Origin: Octopus sinensis
Taxonomy: Eukaryota
Length of the DNA stretch: 64,000 nt
Assembly (NCBI RefSeq): GCF_006345805.1
Contig: NC_042998.1
Span: 59,458,001 to 59,522,000 of the forward strand
Reading direction: 5' to 3'
Position 1 is the first letter of the stretch. Each line of letters opens with the position of its first letter. The translations under genes were made by a program, and so were the position numbers. Positions 25,993-39,144 of the stretch are shown here, piece by piece. The notes beneath the pieces are model-generated. The model saw only the letters and a list, made by a program, of their open reading frames with translations, made no database searches and was not told the DNA's origin.

Positions 25993-26570
25993 ATGTTGGA
26001 TCATCCCATAAATAAAGCGGCTTTTTCAATTGCATGAACTAAATGTCGGAGGGGAACGAAATAAACTATCTGCATCAACTTTCTGTAAAAGCAGGCAGTA
26101 ATTTTACCTTGTATTTATTCTTAGTGTAATTTTGAAGAGTGCAGTTCGATTTTAAGTTATTTTTTGGAAGTGGAAGTGACAAAGGAGCATATTCGGCATA
26201 TTTTGCTTTATGAGCTCAATAAATGTAACAACGCAACAGAAAGTGCGAATAATATTAGTGCAGTCTATGGGAATCGGACAATAGGCGCAAACCAGTGTCA
26301 ACGGTGGTTCCAGAAATTCCGAACCGGAAACTACAGCCTAAAAGAAGAGCCTCGTCTTTTATTATGAATTCTGTAGACGAGGTCAGAACAGGACTGGAGG
26401 AGTCTTTTTTGAAGTTTTGGAACAGAGTCCTTGCAAGTCTACCAGAAAGATGGAAGATCATTGTAGAAAAGGAAGGAGAGTATGTTTTAGATTAAAAAAG
26501 AACTTTGTTTATCTTAATTTTGAAAAATGAAAGTAGTATACATAAAACGCATTATCTATGGATAACTACC
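25993..26570 (+). mobile_element. Internally deleted mariner element
   Basis: MEVEVTKEHIRHILLYELNKCNNATESANNISAVYG...QCQRWFQKFRTGNYSLKEEPR (mariner HTH) is joined directly to the C-terminal FWNRVLASLPERWKIIVEKEGEYVLD; degenerate TIRs (cccataaataaagcgg / cgcattatctatggataac). Confidence 0.85.
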
Positions 26571-27649
26571 ATTCTGCAGGCTTCACAAAGCTTGTCCACA
26601 GTTATTCGCTAAGGAAAGTTATCATAGGATGGAAATACTCCTGTCCCTGGATATACATCTGGAATTCCTTAGTATCCGCAGTGTTTAAAGAAAGAGATTT
26701 ATAGGAGAAAATAATATGAATGATATTCTCTATTGCATGTCATTGATTCTCGTCCTCGTTACACTCGTAGTTCATTCCATGAAATAATATAATTAAAATA
26801 TTGCGTAATCACTATCATCCATCGAAGGTGTACAATGTGTTTCTTCAGGTAATTCATTTGAATAAGTCTTTCAGAAGATCGGGCAGTCATTTCACTCTAA
26901 TATAATACGGGTCTAACGAGGTCAGAAAACAATTGTAGTGTTCTGAAAAGAATGCCGTTGAATCCATTTTCTTCTTTTCTTATCATTGTTTATTTGTGGA
27001 TATTTGTGTGTGTGTGTGTATGTGTGAGTGTGTGCGTGCGTGTGTGTGTGTGGTGTGTGTGTGTGTGTGTGTGTGTTTTAATATTTCCCACAGGTATAGT
27101 GAGGTTAATGACCTGCTGTAGATTTCAATATACGTATAATCCAGAAAAATATGAGTATAGAAAGCAAAGAGAAGACACCAGAAAATCCAAATGATATGTA
27201 ATGGACTTCATTCGCCAGCAGCTATTTCTCCTATAAGATGTTGGGATTTCTACTATAAGATGTAATGAATCACGTTCTATAACCTCATTAGCGCTTGAAT
27301 ATGACGCCCACTTTATTTGGGGAAATAATATTTTCAGAACATACAGGTGTTATATGTGTGTTCTGTAAGCGAATAAAGTTCATTAAATAACATTTGGTTA
27401 TGAAAGTGCCATATATAGAGATACCACCGGCAATACTAATCTTGAATAATTAGTGATCATGTTTAAAATTTCATGATAACATATTAAGATTTCATTCCTT
27501 GTTAGTAAGCGGAAGTATATTCTGTAAATGAATCAGTAAGGAAATAAATTTTAGTGGGTGGGGGGGGGGGGTAGACGGTGATTGTTATTATCAAAATAGT
27601 GGAAGCAATTAAATTTTGAACGGATAGTTATTTTAATGTGTTTTGGGTA

Positions 27650-27965
27650 ACATGAGCTAAACTGTAGGGCATTCGGCTCACAATTGTAAGGTTGTGAGTT
27701 CGATTCCCGGCGACGCGTTCTCTCCTTGAGCAAGACACTTCATTTCACGTTGCTCCACTCCACTCAGCTGGCAAACATGAGTAGTACCTGTATTTCAAGA
27801 GGCCAGCCTTGTCACAATCTGTTTCACGCTGAATCTCCTTGAGAACTACGTTAGCGGAACGGGTGTCTGTGAATTGTTCAGTCATGTGCACGTTAATTTC
27901 CTGAGCAGGCTCTTCTGTTGATCGTATCAGCTGGGAATCTCGTCGTTGTAACCGACGGATGCTCC
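27650..27965 (+). mobile_element. tRNA-derived SINE family C
   Basis: B-box gagttcgattcc; the body (ttgagcaagacac...ccactcagct...aactacgttag...gttgatcgtatcagctgg...accgacgg) recurs inverted at 31340-31625. Confidence 0.8.
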
Positions 27966-28171
27966 TTATATATATATATGTGTGTGTGTGTATGCATGTG
28001 TGTGTGTGCGCGCGTGTGGGCGTTTGTGTGTGTGCACTGAACTGCATTCGCTTACAGCTGTTTCTGCTATGAGATATGGTGGTTCACGTAACAGAGTTAG
28101 CATCGTACAGCTTCATTAGGGACTTGAATATGAAGGACACTTTACTTCTGAAGTTATTTTCTCAAAAATAA

Positions 28172-28250
<79 letters not shown>

Positions 28251-28406
28251 ATATATATATATATATATAAAACTTAAAAGACTTTCTTATTTCGCGAGCG
28301 TTAAACTATTACATCTGTTTGTTGTTTACACACCATCTTCGTTTGTTTTTTTCGTAAATTCTTATAAATATATGCATATGTATATACACTTGTATATATA
28401 AATATA

Positions 28407-28784
28407 CACTTGCGTCAGAAATTAATTAGCACTTCTCAAATTTCTACATTAAATAGGTTAAATCAATTAACCTATGAGCTGTTCAAAACGTCTTACGCGA
28501 TGAGAAAACTTAGTATGGTGTGATTTCGGTCCTTGCGAGGCGCTACCTATATCTATTAAACAAAGGAATTTGTCTGCATCCGCACTCCAAGTTGTTGTTG
28601 CACTGCTATGTCAACATCATAAGGCTGTAGACTCTCAAACTGCTCTGCAAACAAAGTTACGTCATCGTTCTGCGCAACAGTGAACTCGCAACAAAGCAAT
28701 AGTTCGAGATATGGCCACTAGGTGACAGCACATACCTTGAGTGAAGAGCAAATCAAGGGTGCTAATTAATTTCTGACGGTAGTG
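28407..28784. mobile_element. Tc1-type MITE, 378 bp
   Basis: 26-bp TIRs cacttgcgtcagaaattaattagcac (28407-28432) / gtgctaattaatttctgacggtagtg (28759-28784), 24/26 match, TA on both flanks. Confidence 0.85.
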
Positions 28785-28815
28785 TATATATGCATACATG
28801 TATATATATATATAC

Positions 28816-28932
<117 letters not shown>

Positions 28933-28984
28933 GATAGATAGATAGATAGATAAATATATATATATGTATATATGTATGTATGTG

Positions 28985-29047
<63 letters not shown>

Positions 29048-29240
29048 TGTCTATTGATATATGTGTTCGTCCCACCCATATTATCGCTTGACAACCGATG
29101 CTGGTGTGTTTACATAACCGTAATTTATCGGTTCTGCAGAAGAGATAAATATTATAAGTCAAGCAGCCAGTTTCTTCAACGAAAAAGTATTGCTTCAGCA
29201 TGGCCGCACTCAAATGACTGAAACAAGTAAAAGTTTAAAA

Positions 29241-29293
<53 letters not shown>

Positions 29294-29357
29294 ATAGTAA
29301 TGCAATACGAGAGTATTGCTTTCCAGTAAAGGATAGCCCGTAAGGGTAAAATCATAC

Positions 29358-29956
29358 ATATAAAAGTAAATAAATGGCACAACGAAGCACCAATATTTAC
29401 TAGAAAATAGCGAACGTAATAAATACGACGCTAATGTATAGCTTCACTGCGTACGTACTAGTAAAGATGCGTGTGTACAACAAACATGAAAAAAATTGTC
29501 TTACCTCCAGGAAGAACATCTGAAAAATGAAAAACCTAGAAACGGATAATGCGCTACCGGTTTCAGACTCTCCAAAATACGTCTGCCAACGTATATTTGA
29601 TTTGTCATCATCAGCTGCATAAACGCTTTGTTAACGCTTTGCCGTTCAGACGAGTGTACTGGCATGGATGCGGCAACATTTGAAATGTTGTCGAGGTTTA
29701 AGCAGCTGATGATGACAAATCAAATATACGTTGGCAGACGTATTTTGAAGAGTCTGAAACCGGTACTGCATTATCCGCTTCTAGGTTTTTCATTTTTCAG
29801 ATGTTCTTCCTAGAAGTAAGAAAAATTATTCATGTTTGTTGCACACACGCATCTTTACTAGAACATACGCAGTGAAGCTATACATTAGCGTCGTATTTAT
29901 TACGTTCGCTATTTTCCAGTAAATATCGGTGCTTCGTTGTGCCATTTATTTACTTT

Positions 29957-29961
<5 letters not shown>
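29358..29961. repeat. Fold-back palindrome, ~267-bp arms (29358-29624 / 29696-29961), 71-nt spacer, in (TA)n context
   Basis: atataaaagtaaataaatggcac...cagctgcataaac is the reverse complement of gtttaagcagctg...gtgccatttatttacttttatat. Confidence 0.93.
29702..29769 (+). ncRNA. Type-I hammerhead ribozyme motif
   Basis: gcag/ctgc stem I; CTGATGA 29706-29712; gac/gtc plus tacgt/acgta stem II; GAAA 29756-29759; palindromic accggt; cleavage predicted after A29765. The minus copy at ~29551-29618 has a broken stem I. Confidence 0.85.
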
Positions 29962-29988
<27 letters not shown>

Positions 29989-30093
29989 AATATATATATA
30001 TAATATATATATATATACATATATATGTGCTCCAGCATGGCGACTGTCACATGAATGACACGTGTAGAACAATAAAAGAGTATGCCATTTTAT

Positions 30094-30121
30094 CCCGAAT
30101 AACGCCGGGTACCTCTGCTAG
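30094..30121 (+). mobile_element. Helitron-type 3' terminus
   Basis: Hairpin cccg-aataacgc-cggg, 8 nt, then CTAG followed by T. Confidence 0.45.
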
Positions 30122-30140
30122 TGTGTGAGTATACACACAA

Positions 30141-30177
<37 letters not shown>

Positions 30178-30605
30178 AATATATGGGTGAATGTAATCAA
30201 TATATACATGAAGGTATATGAGCGTCTCACAATATATATGTGCATATTAAATAAATATATATGTATGTGCATGTGTGTACGTGTGTGTTTGTGTGCGTGG
30301 ATGTGTGTGTGTTTCTGTGGTGTGTGTGTGTGTGCTAGCAACAGGATATCGCTAGTGCCATACTACATTTATAGATATAATGTAAATGTAAATGTTATAC
30401 TTAGCTCTATTCTAATAAAATGCTGATTCAAGTGCATTTCTTAGATCATATTGTATCTATTCAACTATATCTTTCTTTACCTCTGTCTGTCTGCATATGT
30501 ATGGATGTATGTATGTATCTATTTATGTATTTTTGTATGAATATATATATATGTATATGCATGCATGTATATATGCATGTATGTATGCATATACATATGT
30601 ATGTA

Positions 30606-30653
<48 letters not shown>

Positions 30654-30694
30654 TATTTGTATATATATAAATATACATTATATGTGTGTGTGTA

Positions 30695-30725
<31 letters not shown>

Positions 30726-31339
30726 ATGTGTGTGTGCCTGTATACATATATATATATACAGACAGAAAAACATAACTACGTACGTACGTACGTACATATA
30801 TACATGTATACATATTCTATTCAATTATTTTTTCAGAAGTTTAAGTTACACAAATACCCCATTCAAAACTATTATGGAAATATATTAGACTTCGTCTATT
30901 AAATCACAAATCTTTGACATGGTTACGTTCATACAAATGCAAGAACACCTATTGGCAGACACATTTATATGCACAACTATTTCGTAGAAAATGAAAGATC
31001 TAAAGAATAAATGTATAACTGAATGATGGCTGATGGAATATCTCCAAACATATAACCAATATTAATGTACATGTAAATACACTTAAGTTAATTTATGTTG
31101 ATAATCATACATTATCCCATTCAAAACAATGTTTTTTCTTTCATACCAAATACAGTTACAGCAACGCTAACACATACGGTTATTGAAACGAACATTCAAG
31201 TAAGCAAACGCAGTTATAATGTAGATTTATTTATATTACATGTTATATGCGTTGAAAATCATGTATATTAATAATGATTTGTCATTTAGAATGCCTTCCC
31301 TATCATTTTGTATATTTGTAGCACTAAAGAAATGCAGCA

Positions 31340-31625
31340 CACCGTCGGTTATATCGACGACGGCTCCAGTTGATCCGATCAACGGAACAACATGCTCGTG
31401 AAATTAACGCGTAAGTGGCTGAGCGCTCAAACAGACACGTGTACGCTTAACGTAGTTCTCTGGAAGGTACAGCGTGACACAGTACTACTGATTTTTGCAA
31501 GCTGAGTGGGATGGAGCAACGTGAAATAATGCGTCTTACTCAAGGATACTGTGCGTAGCATGGATTTGAACTCACGACATTACAATAGTGATCCGAATAC
31601 CCTAACCACTAACCCACGCACCTTC
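31340..31625 (-). mobile_element. tRNA-derived SINE family C
   Basis: Inverted copy of 27650-27965; minus head gtggttagggtattcggatcac...gagttcaaatcc. Confidence 0.8.
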
Positions 31626-32003
31626 ACTGCAGCAAGGAAGTCGGTTGATGTTAAGTCGGTATGCTAGACTCCATAAGTCCACTAGATTAATTCTTTCACC
31701 TACTTTCGTGTGCATTTACCGGATTCTGCCTTCCGCGCAACTGTTCAGGCCATGCTTTTAATTTGAGTATAACTCGACCCCTTCCAACCACCAGTCATAG
31801 GGTCCATCATAAGAGCTGTGTTTCCAGGTCCGAAGGAACAGTTGCGAATGAGTGTGACATTCTGCGATATCCTGAGGATTACAAGAGTAAGGATTATGAT
31901 AAGGAAGAAAATAATCAAGCCTGTCTAAATGATTCTTATACACAAAAAAAAATAATACGATAGCCAAAATAACATGAGTAATAATAGAAATGCTGAAAAT
32001 CCC

Positions 32004-32045
32004 AGTAGTAGAAGTAGTAGTAGTAGTAGTAGCAGTAGCAGCAGC

Positions 32046-32107
<62 letters not shown>
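32004..32107. repeat. (TAG)n microsatellite
   Basis: Direct reading. Confidence 0.95.
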
Positions 32108-32229
32108 AAACTGAAAAAGGATAGCAATGAAGAGTATATCAACATCTCTTACAACAACCATCTAAATAATAAAAGAAAAAGAAAAAAATTGAAGAGCGAC
32201 TAGTTGTTGCCTTACAGAAAATGATGCGG

Positions 32230-32600
32230 AAAAATTTGTAAGAAGGGGAACGACTTTTCCCTGGGAAATGGACGCTAATATAGTTAAGCCGTTTAAAAAT
32301 ACATTTTTATATATTGCTGCGACTGCTGTTTGCTAACATCAGAACCACTTTGCATCGTTTAAAAACATTAACGTGACATCACTCGCTTAGCTGGTGTGGA
32401 GACTTAAAGAAGGAAAAATGCAATACAACATCGCATGCTCAGTAATAAAAAGTACATGTCCGTACAACGCATCTTCAAGGTATTACAGTCTAGTTCTGGG
32501 GAGGCGCCAAGCATTTTAACCTGTACAAATAAACTTGTGAATAGGCATCCCAAAAGAATAGCTACATGCAACCACAGGCTACAATGCTCAGTTTGAAAGC
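32230..32600 (+). pseudogene. Penelope-like GIY-YIG C-terminal remnant
   Basis: NHFASFKNINVTSLA*LVWRLKEGKMQYNIACSVIKSTCPYNASSRYYSL resembles the PLE endonuclease tail (NH..SF......LS.YIW.LK......YNI.W.II....Y). Confidence 0.55.
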
Positions 32601-33019
32601 AAACTTAAAACTCTTTAGATACAATCTACTCATTTTGCGTTAATTGCTCTTTTATAGTATATATTTATCAATCTTCAAAAATAGTTAAGAAGTACATATA
32701 TGTGTATATATTTATCAATATATATATATATACTACTTTATATGTGGGTTGCACCAAGCCTGTATTAATATAAGTGTGTATAACAAAAATTGGAAGAATA
32801 TATGATAGATATGTGTGGGTATATTCTGCTTTATTCATGTTACATTATATTTTCGTTATTTAACTTTATCATATTGTATTATGTATTTCTGATTTTACAT
32901 ATGTACATATATATATATATATTAATAAATTTTAGAGTAGCAAAAAATTCTAGAAAAATTCTCTGCTACCAGCGGTTAAGTGAGAAGGAAAAGATAGTCA
33001 ATAGACTATATAATATACA

Positions 33020-33743
33020 TTCAAACATATAAGGGACGGCCATAATAGGACATCCGACTCACTAGAAAAAGCAGCCAAACTCCAAACCACTAATAGTTGT
33101 AATTCTGAAATGGAAAGAGAAATAAAAACGTTTACCCTATCCTTTCTGGAATATGCATAGTTTCCGCAATCTGTTGTAAATAAATTAATTTAATTAATTT
33201 ATTTACCACTGGCGTTGCCTCGTCAGCAGAAAAGCCAAAGACTAACATATACCCACGAGGCGATGATAAACATGCCTCGAGTTTATATGCTATAAATTTT
33301 CAAAATCCACCACGCTCGCGCGGTTTACTCAGCAGTAAATATAAACTGCCGATTTAATTTCAAAATTAACAAAAAAATCAATAATTAATAAATTTTAGAG
33401 TAGCAAAAAATTCTAGAAAAATTCTCCGCTACCAGCGGTCAAGTGAAAAAGAAAAAATAGTCAATAGACTATATAATATACATTCCTATATAATATATCA
33501 TCGCCTCGTGGATATATGTTAGTCCTTGGCTTGTCTGCTGACGAGGCAACGCCAGTGGTAAATAAATTAATTAAATTAATTTATTTACAAAGATTGCGGA
33601 AACTATGCATAGTCCAGAAAGGAATGGGTAACCGTTTTTATTTCTTTTTCCATTTCAGAATTACGACTATTAGTGGTTTGGGGTCTGACTGCTCTTTCTA
33701 GTGAGTCGGATGTCCTATTATGGCCGTCCCTTATATGTTTGAA
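33020..33743. repeat. Fold-back palindrome, ~249-bp arms (33020-33268 / 33496-33743), plus a 102-bp direct repeat (32921-33022 / 33384-33485)
   Basis: ttcaaacatataagggacgg...gaggcgatgata is the reverse complement of tatcatcgcctc...ccgtcccttatatgtttgaa; attaataaattttagagtagc...aatatacattc occurs twice. Confidence 0.93.
33534..33618 (+). ncRNA. Type-I hammerhead ribozyme motif
   Basis: tctg/caga stem I; CTGACGA 33538-33544; gcaa/ttgc stem II with an AT-rich inner hairpin; GAAA 33599-33602; 12-nt palindrome actatgcatagt; C17 at 33614. The minus copy 33145-33230 has a stem III mismatch. Confidence 0.85.
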
Positions 33744-33744
33744 C

Positions 33745-33775
<31 letters not shown>

Positions 33776-33856
33776 TTTCATTTTTCTTTATTATACTTTC
33801 TTTCTCATTAGTCTACAACAGTAAATAAGATATATATAAGATGTATATACATACAT

Positions 33857-33890
<34 letters not shown>

Positions 33891-34049
33891 TAATAATGTT
33901 GATAATAGTAATAAAATGATAGCAAAAGAATGAAACCTCGATATTAGGTAAATAGAGGAATTTATATATGTGTATAATATAGGACAATCAGTAAGTTGTC
34001 AAAATAGGACTCAGAGTTACAAATACCGGGGCTAAAAGGCATTTTCCAC

Positions 34050-34440
34050 GGCAATTTTGACAATAGACGATATGAAAACACCGTTAAATATAAAAGGTAC
34101 GTTACTCTAATAGACAAGAAAAATTATATTTTTAAAAATATAATTGCACACCACCAAAAAACAACAACAAGCCAGCTGTTCCAGCATAGTTAAAGACTTT
34201 TGCCCGCTAAATGGAGCCTGGATTACCGAGGCCATTATTTATGAACCCGCCGTACATGCTACGATCGCTAAGAACACGGTTGCGTTAAAAAGATATGTGG
34301 GTCTCACAGTGCGCAACTCTAAAGCAAGTTTCAATAACCACACCTTCAGCTTCAGATAGTGGGATAAGCAAAAAACAAGAGAGACAGAGAAAGGCAGAAA
34401 CAAGGAAAATGCCACATATATTTGGACACTATAAAAATAT
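34050..34440 (+). pseudogene. Penelope-like GIY-YIG fragment
   Basis: SCS..KDFCPLNGAWITEAIIYEPAV...KRYVGLTVRNSKASFNNHTFSFR matches the PLE C..CPLNG.C....IY.A.V...YVG.T...K.RFNNH..SFR pattern. Confidence 0.8.
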
Positions 34441-34494
34441 TCTTTAAAAAAAACTTTTCTTTTAATTTTTCTAAATTTAATTATTTAATCGTTA

Positions 34495-34532
34495 TAGTTG
34501 AAAAGGTCTCAAAATGACTGAAACCGGTACTG
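34495..34532 (+). ncRNA. Hammerhead motif, U3-A8 covariant core
   Basis: tag/ctg stem I; TTGAAAA 34498-34504; ggtc/gact stem II; GAAA 34520-34523; accggt; A17 at 34529; just downstream of the GIY-YIG fragment. Confidence 0.7.
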
Positions 34533-34705
34533 AAATGTTCTTTTAAAATTATTTTAGCATTTTCTATCTTGACTTGTTTTTTCATATATATCAACTCGTG
34601 TGTTCCTTTTCATCATTATACATACATATATATATATATATATATTACGGAGATATACTTGCATAGTAAGTGACCTGATCTGAGATCGTGTGCTAGAATG
34701 AATAA

Positions 34706-35478
<773 letters not shown>

Positions 35479-35563
35479 CGATAGATAGAGAGAGAGGGAG
35501 AGATATAGATATACACACGCACACACGCGCACACACACATACACACACACACACACACACACT

Positions 35564-35597
<34 letters not shown>

Positions 35598-35869
35598 ATA
35601 TATATATATATATAATATTATTAGAGACCACTATTTTGCAAAACAATACATAAAATTTTGACTTTTTATTAAAATTTTATGTATTGATTAAGTCTTTCCT
35701 TGTTTGTTTTGCAAAATAGTGGTTTTGTCTCTAATAATATTATATAATATTTTACTATAAAATTGGATTTAATCCTAAATCTGATTTTTTCCCTGTAAAT
35801 TTGGATTTATTCCCTAATATTTATTATATATATATATATATATATATATAGGTGAGAGAGTTGGTATGT

Positions 35870-37092
35870 GAAAGCACATGGTTGGATGTATAAAAGACAA
35901 AATAGAGTGAAAAGACTACTGAAGACTTGTGTTATATGGTTAAAGAATTTATTCAAATCGTTATATTAGAAAAATGGTGTAAACGTTTGTGTATAGTAAC
36001 ATTGTTTTGGGAGAAATAAGCAGTTTCGTACTTTCTTTTCAAATTTCTCAAATTTTTTTACTGATATTAGGTCATCTCTTCGCTGTGATGTCATGTATGA
36101 TAGTTCCAGACGAGGAAGGTAATCAGAGGTTTTTTTCAGCATAAGGGAGATAATAAAAAATGTTGGGAATGACTAGGTTTTGTTAATTTAACATGATTTG
36201 GTTTAGTAAAATTAGAATGTTAGGAGTGGTTAAGATTTGGCTTATATTTTTCAATGTCGTAGGTTTCCTTATTTAATCTAATTTGTGTTGGTTTTCCAAT
36301 GGCACATTGATAAAATGGAAATATAACAAACTGTGGTAGCACTTGCTTTGCGCATTTCTCGATGTGTTCACTAAAGGGTATCATTCTGTATTCTGGGAAT
36401 TCAATCTGCTCTCAGTGCAGAGTACATCTGAATCTGAGCGATAATCCCGTGGACCCTATGTAGTTTTGGTGGCAGCCCGAGCATCTTATAACATAAATAT
36501 GTTTTCTGGGGCACAAGTAAAGTCAGATTTGATTTTGAATTTGTTTTCCGCTTTGAAAAGGAATTCTGATCCTTCTTGAAGTTTTGAGCATGCTATGCGG
36601 TTTGGTCGACCACATATTTGCACTTTTGCCCCCGTTATTTTAGAAAATAATTTTGCCTTAAGCGTGTGTATAATTTCTTTTAATTTGTGGTCCTTGTGTA
36701 GCATTGGTAAATTTTGGGTGATGACGGTGAAGGCTTCTTTGTTTCTGGGTGTGTATGTTGATATGTACGGCAGTTTTTCGGGGTAGGTGTGTTGCTGTGT
36801 TGAGCTTTTCTTAAGGTTTCTATGTCGATCTGTGTTGCACGTCAGATTTCATCCTCTGAGTTGAACTGGGTAGTGCCTGTCAATTAGGGTGTTTTTGAGT
36901 TCTAGCAGTCTAAAGTCTGTGGTATTTTTTCTGACAAAATTGTGCATATCCTTCTTGCAAGATTGATGGGGATGTTTGTTTTGGTGTGACTTGGGTGGCA
37001 TGGATTAAGTAGATATTGATTGGCGCCTGTGGCTTTGTAGAATATGTCTGTTTCTATTTTTAGCTTTATTTTTTTAATTGGTATATCCAAAA
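35870..37092 (-). mobile_element. Penelope-like element 3' fragment (RT thumb + GIY-YIG), degenerate
   Basis: TDIFYKATGANQYLLNPCHPSHTKTNIPINLARRICTILS and LQEGSEFLFKAENKFKIKSDFTCAPEN parallel the 55615 element; ends approximate. Confidence 0.85.
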
Positions 37093-38086
37093 TTCAACAC
37101 AGCAACACACCCTCCCCGAAAATACTACTGTACTATGTGAGTGTATATATCCAAAGTAGTGTATCATTTTCAACAGTTTACACACAAAACTAAAGCCATT
37201 GGCGTATTGACGAATTATAATCAAAATACAAAATGCATAAATAATAAAATAGACAAAAACAGGATCAGAGTAATATAAATTACAAGTTTACTCTCATATT
37301 TAGATTATTAAGAAGTGCAAAACACAATGAAGAATAATATTAAGTGTTCAGTGATAATAATGTGATAGAGTGATTAAGGCTAAACCATTTCACCCCGTAA
37401 TTGTTTCTTTGGTACTTTCAAACATCGAAATTTCCCTCTGTCTTTCGTGACACTCGAGTTCATAGGTGAAATATGTAATCATTGTCATCTATCCAAGATG
37501 TAAAACCCGCAATAGTAAATATCGCAAACGAGGTAGTCCAAGTTAATGGTGTCAAGTTACAAATAAGTTCATTCACTCGACTAGAGTATACTGTAGTCCC
37601 TGGAGCAGTAGGAAATTGTATACCTTCGACTGTGTGTAGGGTGAGCAGCCCAACTTTGCTTTCACGTGGATATATCAGTAGTATCAACGACCTAAGATTG
37701 ATAATTCAATAACAGAGTATATTTCTGTTCCAACAATAAGGTTGGTCATATTCCTATGAAGGAAAACTTCGGGATGTTGCAGTATGTAGATTCCCACGGC
37801 AGCAGAGTCGACAATTACAAGCGCCAAATGAGTAAGGAATGATCCTCTAATAGACACTTCATATGATGCTAAGCAAGTCATTTTGATAGCTTTGTTGTTT
37901 CACCATGGAGCTAGCGGCCAAGAAGCTGAGTTTCCCTATTTTGCAGGTGATGGAGTGAAAGCGCAACATGTATTTCCATTAAATGCGTGGGCTGTCATGC
38001 TCCTATAGTTATTTTTGATGCTTCAGAGTCGCAAGATCTTCTCTATGGCTAGTTTAAATGTACCTGGTAATTAGGTTGCAGAAGTA

Positions 38087-38173
<87 letters not shown>

Positions 38174-38200
38174 ATCTATCTATATCTATATATATATATA
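38087..38200. repeat. (TATC)n-(TA)n microsatellite
   Basis: Direct reading. Confidence 0.95.
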
Positions 38201-38309
38201 TAGTTAATCCAAACAAGAAAACACAGAAAAAAGAGAAAAAAAAAACACAGCAACGCAGGACGTGGAACAATTAAAGTATTATTGATGCTCAGGAAAGAAG
38301 GGAAGGAGG

Positions 38310-38344
38310 GTTTAACATTTCGAGCGGAGCTCTTCGTCGGAAAC
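38310..38344 (-). ncRNA. Minimal hammerhead-like motif, CCGACGA (U4C) core
   Basis: Minus: gttt-CCGACGA-a-gagc tcc gctc-GAAA-tg-T-T-aaac. Same repeat family at 53574-53608(-), 54597-54631(+), ~54840-54874(-). Confidence 0.55.
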
Positions 38345-39065
38345 AAGGAGAAGGACAGATCCCAAGAAGGGAAGACAGAGGAAAAAATATTTGAGCTGGT
38401 GATGCTCAAGAGATCACATGTTGAAAGAACAGAAGTTGGGAGGGAGAGAGTCAATGGGCTAAAATAACTATTGATAGTACGAGGCTACATAAATGTAGAT
38501 TATAGCTTAAGATTGAGAACTATTGCATTTAGTTTAACGAGTCTGCCAAATCACCTGTCCTACCTCATTAAATAATTGAATCTAGAAATACACGAAGTAA
38601 AATACTTTAAGGAAGCAGAAATTTTGTGTAAAATATAATTGCTTTGAGCGCTAAATCTCTTGTTGAGAAATCTGCTTGCTTATTTATTTGCATTTCACTT
38701 TTGATTCTTAATTATAAACAACAGCTTACAGTTTCTCATAGATTATTAACATAAAGTTAAATGCCAGGAGGTAAGATATTGTAAGAGATTGTCTGCGATG
38801 CTGATTCGGCCATCGACAATGCTGAACCGATTTAAATAATGGTTTGTAACATACGCATCAAGGCCTCATTTTTTAGGATAGATAAGCTTAATTTACTTGA
38901 TCACAGATCCGATTAGCACATTTTGATACTTTATTAATCCCAGAAAGATAAAAAGCAAAAGCAAATGCAACAGGAATTAAAAAGTCAATGTATATATTCA
39001 TATTCTTTGATATATTCACCTATAAGATAGTGTAAATATAAATATATTCATCTCTCATACCTTCT

Positions 39066-39144
<79 letters not shown>

